From NCBI RefSeq assembly GCF_013365475.1, contig NZ_CP046579.1, forward strand, positions 270,001-302,000: DNA of 32,000 nucleotides, read 5' to 3'. This document shows, piece after piece, positions 30,241 to 32,000 of this stretch. Position numbers and translations under genes: made by a program. This DNA is from Candidatus Saccharimonadota bacterium. Its GTDB lineage: Bacteria; Pseudomonadota; Alphaproteobacteria; Rickettsiales; Anaplasmataceae. Numbering within the stretch: position 1 is the stretch's first letter; each line of letters starts with the position of its first letter. The notes beneath the pieces are model-generated. The model searched no databases. It worked only from the letters and a program-made list of their open reading frames with translations, and was not told the origin of the DNA.

Positions 30241-32000
30241 ATGGATAGTTATTTTTCACTGCTAAATCAAGAGCAGCAATTAGCTGTATCTAATGTAAAC
30301 GGACCAATTTTAATATTGGCTGGTGCTGGAACTGGGAAAACGAAAACCCTTACTTCAAGGATAGCACATATAGTTAGAAATGGCTATGCTAGTCCTGATG
30401 GAATATTAGCAGTTACATTTACTAATAAAGCTGCAAATGAAATGTTATCGAGAGTTTTTGAACTCACAGGTGTAAGCATACCATGGCTTGGTACCTTCCA
30501 TGCAATTGCAGCGAAAATCTTACGCTGTCATGCTGAAGTCGTAGGTTTCAGTTCCAATTTTACCATCATTAGTATGGATGAACAATTACAGGTAATAAAA
30601 AATATTATTAATGAAGTAAACTCTGATTACTCATTAGGAAAGTGTAAGACTGTTATGAGTATTATCCAGAAGTGGAAAGAGAAATGTTTATTCCCACATG
30701 AGGTAGAGAGCATTCAATCATTTAGGTCTTTATATGTGACTGCACTTAAAATCTATTACCAGTACCAAGAAAGGTTAAGGTACCTTAATTCTCTTGATTT
30801 TGGTGATTTACTATTATATAATATACAGCTTTTTAAGCAAAAGGCTAAAACCTTATCATACTACCAAAACAAGTTCAAGTACATTATGGTAGATGAGTAC
30901 CAAGACACAAATGCAATACAATATCTTTGGCTAAGGTATTTAGCAAGAGGACATTCAAATATTTGCTGTGTAGGGGATGATGATCAATCAATATACAGTT
31001 GGCGCGGTGCAGAAATTGAAAATATTCTGAAATTTTCTGATGATTTTAAAAATACAAAAACCGTTAAGTTGGAGTATAACTATAGATCGACATATCACAT
31101 ACTCGCGACTGCATTATATGTTATTAATCATAATAAAACACGCTTAGAAAAAAAGTTATGGACAACAAATTCTGATGGAGAAAAGGTAAATCTAGTAAAA
31201 TTATGGGATAGCAAAGCTGAAGCAAAGTTCATAAGTAAATGGATATTAAATCTTGGTAAGTATAGATTTAATGAAGTTGCCGTACTGGTAAGAGCTACTT
31301 TTCAAACTAGAATTTTGGAAGAGTATTTTATGAAATATTCAATTCCATATAAGATTATAAGCGGTGTAAAATTCTATGAGCGGAAGGAAGTTAGAGACAT
31401 AATTGCATATCTAAGGCTTGTTATAAACAACAATGATGACTTAGCTTTTGAAAAGGTTGTGAATCTTCCAAAGAGAAACATAGGGAATATGACTCTAAAA
31501 AAGATATATATGATTGCTCAAGATAATAAGACTTCTTTTTTTGAAGCGGCAAAAGCCTTGGTTAAAGACAATCAGATCACTGGGAGAATTAAGCTATCAC
31601 TCAATGATTTTCTAAATAAGATTGATATTTGGAAAGAGATAGCAAATGTAAAACCATTACATAAATTTGTTGAAATTCTGATAAATCAATCAGGATACAT
31701 AAAAATGCTTGAAAATGTAGAGGAGATGACAGGTATAGCTCGGATAGAAAACATTAAAGAGCTTATTTCATCTCTGAAAAATTTCGATAATGTTACAGCT
31801 TTTTTGGAACATATAAGCTTAGTGATGGATGTGGATAACATGGGTAGTGGAGATAATGTATACATTATGACTCTTCATGCAGCTAAAGGACTTGAATTTC
31901 CATGTGTATTTTTACCTGGTTGGGAAGAAGGATTATTCCCACACCAAAAATCTTTTGAAGATAAAAGTGGTAGAGCTTTAGAGGAAGAAAGAAGGCTCGC
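30241..32000 (+). CDS. uvrD: UvrD/PcrA/Rep-family superfamily 1 DNA helicase (3' end outside window)
   Basis: I translated this frame myself from ATG 30241; it stays open to the window end (586 codons) and is absent from the ORF track because it has no stop. Motifs are Q-motif LNQEQQLAV, Walker A AGAGTGKTKTL, motif II MVDEYQDTN, motif III VGDDDQSIYSWRGA, motif IV YNYRST and MTLHAAKGLEFP. Confidence 0.9.
   Translation, partial: MDSYFSLLNQEQQLAVSNVNGPILILAGAGTGKTKTLTSRIAHIVRNGYASPDGILAVTFTNKAANEMLSRVFELTGVSIPWLGTFHAIAAKILRCHAEVVGFSSNFTIISMDEQLQVIKNIINEVNSDYSLGKCKTVMSIIQKWKEKCLFPHEVESIQSFRSLYVTALKIYYQYQERLRYLNSLDFGDLLLYNIQLFKQKAKTLSYYQNKFKYIMVDEYQDTNAIQYLWLRYLARGHSNICCVGDDDQSIYSWRGAEIENILKFSDDFKNTKTVKLEYNYRSTYHILATALYVINHNKTRLEKKLWTTNSDGEKVNLVKLWDSKAEAKFISKWILNLGKYRFNEVAVLVRATFQTRILEEYFMKYSIPYKIISGVKFYERKEVRDIIAYLRLVINNNDDLAFEKVVNLPKRNIGNMTLKKIYMIAQDNKTSFFEAAKALVKDNQITGRIKLSLNDFLNKIDIWKEIANVKPLHKFVEILINQSGYIKMLENVEEMTGIARIENIKELISSLKNFDNVTAFLEHISLVMDVDNMGSGDNVYIMTLHAAKGLEFPCVFLPGWEEGLFPHQKSFEDKSGRALEEERRL

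Noticed and set aside
1-32000. tmRNA, RNase P RNA, SRP RNA, rRNA, CRISPR arrays, and IS or transposon ends.
   Set aside because: I scanned for the hallmark conserved strings: GAGGAAAGTCC for rnpB, GGTTCGA-type T-arms outside the two tRNAs, the SRP GGAAGCAGCC motif, and regularly spaced direct repeats. None turned up. The only near-miss, GAGGAAAACTG at about 19083, has no surrounding GC-rich structure.

Overview
This is an AT-rich chromosomal segment; hand counts over several kb give about 28-30% G+C. It looks like an obligate-intracellular alphaproteobacterium of the order Rickettsiales, most plausibly Anaplasmataceae (Ehrlichia-like). That placement is an inference from three things: gene content (a scattered virB paralog pair plus recR, pdhC, sucB, sodB, secA, nrdB, bamE, trxA, uvrD), extreme AT richness, and very low gene density. 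I can support 17 protein-coding genes (one runs off the 3' end) and 2 tRNAs. Together they cover about 17.9 kb, or about 56% of the window. The rest is nine ORF-poor spacers of 0.4-3.7 kb; the largest are 14195-17869, 3668-6187, 21094-23138, 8965-10617 and 18485-19944. I saw no rRNA, CRISPR array, transposase, integrase, phage gene or clear tandem repeat. Six items are most worth a second look. (1) A KAP-family P-loop NTPase abuts recR. (2) An isolated virB2-like gene sits next to a divergent virB4 whose Walker A lysine is replaced by arginine, and the pair is flanked by long spacers. (3) The spacers are mosaics of blocks with strong, opposite G/C skew that resemble sense or antisense strands of eroded genes. 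(4) A sodB / M16 peptidase / cytochrome b561 / nitronate monooxygenase gene string looks like an operon. (5) secA carries an in-frame hydrophobic N-terminal extension. (6) The thioredoxin active site reads CRPC. I do not see a convincing novel multi-gene system. The KAP NTPase and the orphan T4SS pair are the best candidates, and both calls rest on motif reading by eye, not on database searches.
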